From: Armatimonadota bacterium
GTDB taxonomy: Bacteria > Sysuimicrobiota > Sysuimicrobiia > Sysuimicrobiales > Humicultoraceae
Direction: 5' to 3'
Assembly (NCBI GenBank): GCA_037446215.1
Contig: JBBIJB010000067.1
Coordinates: 1 to 12,257, forward strand
Length of the DNA: 12,257 bases
The number at the start of each line of letters is the position of its first letter. Position 1 is the first letter of the stretch. The notes under the pieces are model-generated. The model did no database searches and was not told where the DNA came from. It saw only the letters and a program-made list of their open reading frames with translations. The position numbers and the translations under genes were made by a program. Positions 10,121-12,257 of this stretch are shown piece by piece.

Positions 10121-10945
10121 CTAGCCCGGAAGGGTCGCCACGATGCGGCGCACCAGCCGGACGAAGGCGGGTTCTATCCGCTTCGTCACGGCGATCACCT
10201 CTTCATGGGTGACCGGGGCCTGCGCCTCGCCGGTGGCCATGTCGGCGATCGCCGTCAGGCCGAGCACCCGCATCCCGGCATGGCGCGCCGCGATCACCTC
10301 GTGGACCGTGGACATCCCGACAGCGTCGGCGCCCCAGCGCGCCATCATGCGCAACTCCGCGGGCGTCTCGTACGAGGGACCGCTGACCCCAATGTAGACC
10401 CCCTTGCGCAGCGTGATAGCCTCCGCGAGCGCAGCCCTCTCCGCCGCCTCGATCAGATCCGGGTCGTAGGGGGAGGACATGTCCGGAAACCTCGGCCCAA
10501 GCTCCTCCTCGTTCGGTCCTATCAGGGGATTGGTCCCCATGAAGTTTATGTGGTCGCAGATCACCATCAGATCGCCGGCCCTCCAGTTGCGGTTGAGCCC
10601 GCCGGCCGCGTTGGTCACTACCAACAGGCCCGCGCCCAGGGCTCTCATCAGGCGCACGGGGTAGACGACCTCGGCCATCGCGTACCCCTCGTAGAAGTGC
10701 GTCCTGCCCTGCATGGCGACAACCCCGCGGCCCTCCAAGGATCCGATCACGAGGCGTCCGGCATGTCCCTCCACGCCGGGCCGGGGGAAGTGCGGTATCT
10801 CCGCGTAGGGAATCGCCACGTCCGCCTCGATCGTCTCGGCCAGCGCCCCAAGCCCTGAGCCCAGTATCATCGCGATCTCGGGGGGCCGCTCGGTACGCGT
10901 GCGTACGGCCTCCGCGCCTTCGCGGGCCCGCGCTGCCCAGCTCAT
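10121..10945 (-). CDS. punA: Purine-nucleoside phosphorylase, trimeric (PunA/XapA/human-like) family, with Asp at the Asn243-equivalent position, 274 aa
   Basis: ILGSGLG, GHAG, QGRTHFYEG, TNAAGG, DHIN, GPRFPDMS, GPSYETPAE, VGMSTVHE. Start re-called at ATG 10945 after SD AGGAGGG; the ORF-track start at 11101 overlaps deoB. Confidence 0.93.
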   Translation of the reverse strand: MSWAARAREGAEAVRTRTERPPEIAMILGSGLGALAETIEADVAIPYAEIPHFPRPGVEGHAGRLVIGSLEGRGVVAMQGRTHFYEGYAMAEVVYPVRLMRALGAGLLVVTNAAGGLNRNWRAGDLMVICDHINFMGTNPLIGPNEEELGPRFPDMSSPYDPDLIEAAERAALAEAITLRKGVYIGVSGPSYETPAELRMMARWGADAVGMSTVHEVIAARHAGMRVLGLTAIADMATGEAQAPVTHEEVIAVTKRIEPAFVRLVRRIVATLPG

Positions 10946-10958
10946 ATGCGCCCTCCTC

Positions 10959-12170
10959 TCACTCCGGCTCTCCCGGTCTGAGCCACGCTCCGCCCACCGC
11001 GGGTCCGCAACCCAGGAGGGACCAGAAGCTCCGACCCGCTCCCTCCCAGCGGACGCCCAGGGCATCGGCCGCGGTGGCGCCCGCGTCCGCGAAGCTCTCA
11101 CGGACCCCCAGCCGCAGCCCAGGGGTCAGGCCCTGCCTCCAGGCCAGGATCGGCACCTGCTCCCGCGAGTGGTCGGTGCTCTCGGTGGTAGGGTCGTTGC
11201 CGTGATCGGCCGTGAGCATGACGAGATCGCCGGGGCCGCACGCCGCCAGCACCTTTGGGAGGGCCGAGTCTATCTCGGCCAGGTGATCGGCGAACCTCTG
11301 CGGCGCGTTTCGGTGGCCGTAGACCATGTCCAGCTCCACCAGGTTGGTGAAGACCAGGCCATGTTCCAGACCTTGCAGCGCGGCCGCGGTCTGCTCGATG
11401 CCGTCCGTGTCGCCGGTCGTGTGGATCGCTTCCGAGAGCCCTCGGCCGGCGAACAGATCCTCGATCTTGCCGACGCCCACCACCGGCACTCCCTCCCCGA
11501 CGAGGACGTCGAGGATGGTGGGGCCGGTCGGCGGCAGCGAGAAGTCCCTGCGGCGCTCGGTCCTGGCGAACGCGCCCGGGCGCCCCTCGAAGGGCCTGGC
11601 TATCACGCGGCTCACGGCGTGCTCGCCCACCAGCAGGTCACGCGCGGCCCGGCACCAGTCGTACAGGGTATCCACCGGCACGATGCTTTCGTGGGCCGCG
11701 ATCTGGAAGACGCTGTCCGCGCTGGTATAGACGATCGGCGCGCCGCTTAGCAGGTGGTCGCGACCCAGCTCTTCTATGATCACGGTCCCCGAGGCCGCCA
11801 CGTTCCCGAGAACGGCCCGGCCGATCCGCTCCTGAAAGGCCTCGATGACCTCGGCCGGGAACCCCTCCGGATAGGTCGGAAACGGGCGCTGGACCACGAG
11901 GCCCGCGAGCTCCCAGTGGCCGGTGGTGGAGTCCTTGCCCGCCGAGCGCGGCCGCATCACGCCCACGGCCGAGCCGCTCTCGCCAACCCGGGCTACTCCC
12001 CGAATCCCTCCCAGGACGCCGAGGCCCATCTGCTCCAGGAACGGCAGCCTGAGGCCGCCGACGGCCCGAGCGGTGTTGCGCAGCGTATCGCTGCCTTCGT
12101 CCCCGTAGTCGGAGGCGTCCGGCAGCGCCCCGATCCCGCACCCGTCCAGGACGACGAGAGCGACCCTCAA
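10959..12170 (-). CDS. deoB: Phosphopentomutase, 403 aa
   Basis: VLDGCGIG, GKDSTTGHWE, YTSADS, RVIARPF, GKIEDLF, NLVELDMVYGHR, TADHGNDP, HSRE. TTG start with GGAGG upstream. Confidence 0.96.
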   Translation of the reverse strand: MRVALVVLDGCGIGALPDASDYGDEGSDTLRNTARAVGGLRLPFLEQMGLGVLGGIRGVARVGESGSAVGVMRPRSAGKDSTTGHWELAGLVVQRPFPTYPEGFPAEVIEAFQERIGRAVLGNVAASGTVIIEELGRDHLLSGAPIVYTSADSVFQIAAHESIVPVDTLYDWCRAARDLLVGEHAVSRVIARPFEGRPGAFARTERRRDFSLPPTGPTILDVLVGEGVPVVGVGKIEDLFAGRGLSEAIHTTGDTDGIEQTAAALQGLEHGLVFTNLVELDMVYGHRNAPQRFADHLAEIDSALPKVLAACGPGDLVMLTADHGNDPTTESTDHSREQVPILAWRQGLTPGLRLGVRESFADAGATAADALGVRWEGAGRSFWSLLGCGPAVGGAWLRPGEPE

Positions 12171-12257
12171 GACTCGCGGCCTCCGGTTGGGCGGACCTCC
12201 ATGTGGTCCCTCGGATGGGCCCGCCGGTAGAGCTCCCGCAACCGGCCGGGCGTCACG
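12167..12257 (-). CDS. xerD: C-terminal fragment of a XerD/XerC-type tyrosine recombinase (5' part outside window)
   Basis: Manual translation ...VTPGRLRELYRRAHPRDHMEVRPTGGRES* contains the 'L++.Y..AHPR' C-terminus typical of XerC/D. The stop overlaps the deoB start (TTGA). xerD(ripX)-drm/deoB-punA is a known conserved gene order in Bacillota. XerC versus XerD cannot be resolved from 29 aa. Confidence 0.7.
   Translation of the reverse strand, partial: VTPGRLRELYRRAHPRDHMEVRPTGGRES

Noticed and set aside
8774..10123. Genome-wide TAG reassignment
   Set aside because: pdp and punA end in TAG at the expected C-termini and are out of frame with the next genes. No intact gene in the window contains an internal TAG.
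12167..12257. Tyrosine recombinase fragment as a phage or island integrase
   Set aside because: The AHPR C-terminus and the position overlapping deoB match housekeeping XerC/D. No att-like repeats or mobile genes are visible.

Overview
GC-rich bacterial window carrying one continuous, tightly packed minus-strand gene run. There are no RNA genes, mobile elements, repeat arrays or CRISPR arrays that I can support. In transcription order (right to left): 3' end of a XerC/XerD-type recombinase, a nucleoside-salvage block (deoB, punA-type PNP, pdp), an acyl-CoA oxidation module (hbd, acyl-CoA dehydrogenase, etfB, etfA, FadF-like membrane Fe-S oxidoreductase), a split B12-dependent acyl-CoA mutase, and tRNA m1A58 methyltransferase trmI (truncated by the window edge and missing from the ORF track). 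Main points: (1) the mutase has isobutyryl-CoA mutase signature residues (Phe/Gln), not methylmalonyl-CoA mutase ones. (2) The trimeric-type PNP has Asp at the Asn243-equivalent position, predicting adenosine preference. (3) A near-consensus sigma70 promoter overlaps the icmA stop and would drive icmB-trmI separately. (4) Six consecutive genes (hbd to icmA) share one reading frame, with single stop codons and short open linkers from the acyl-CoA dehydrogenase to icmA. All product calls come from motif recognition; no database searches were run.
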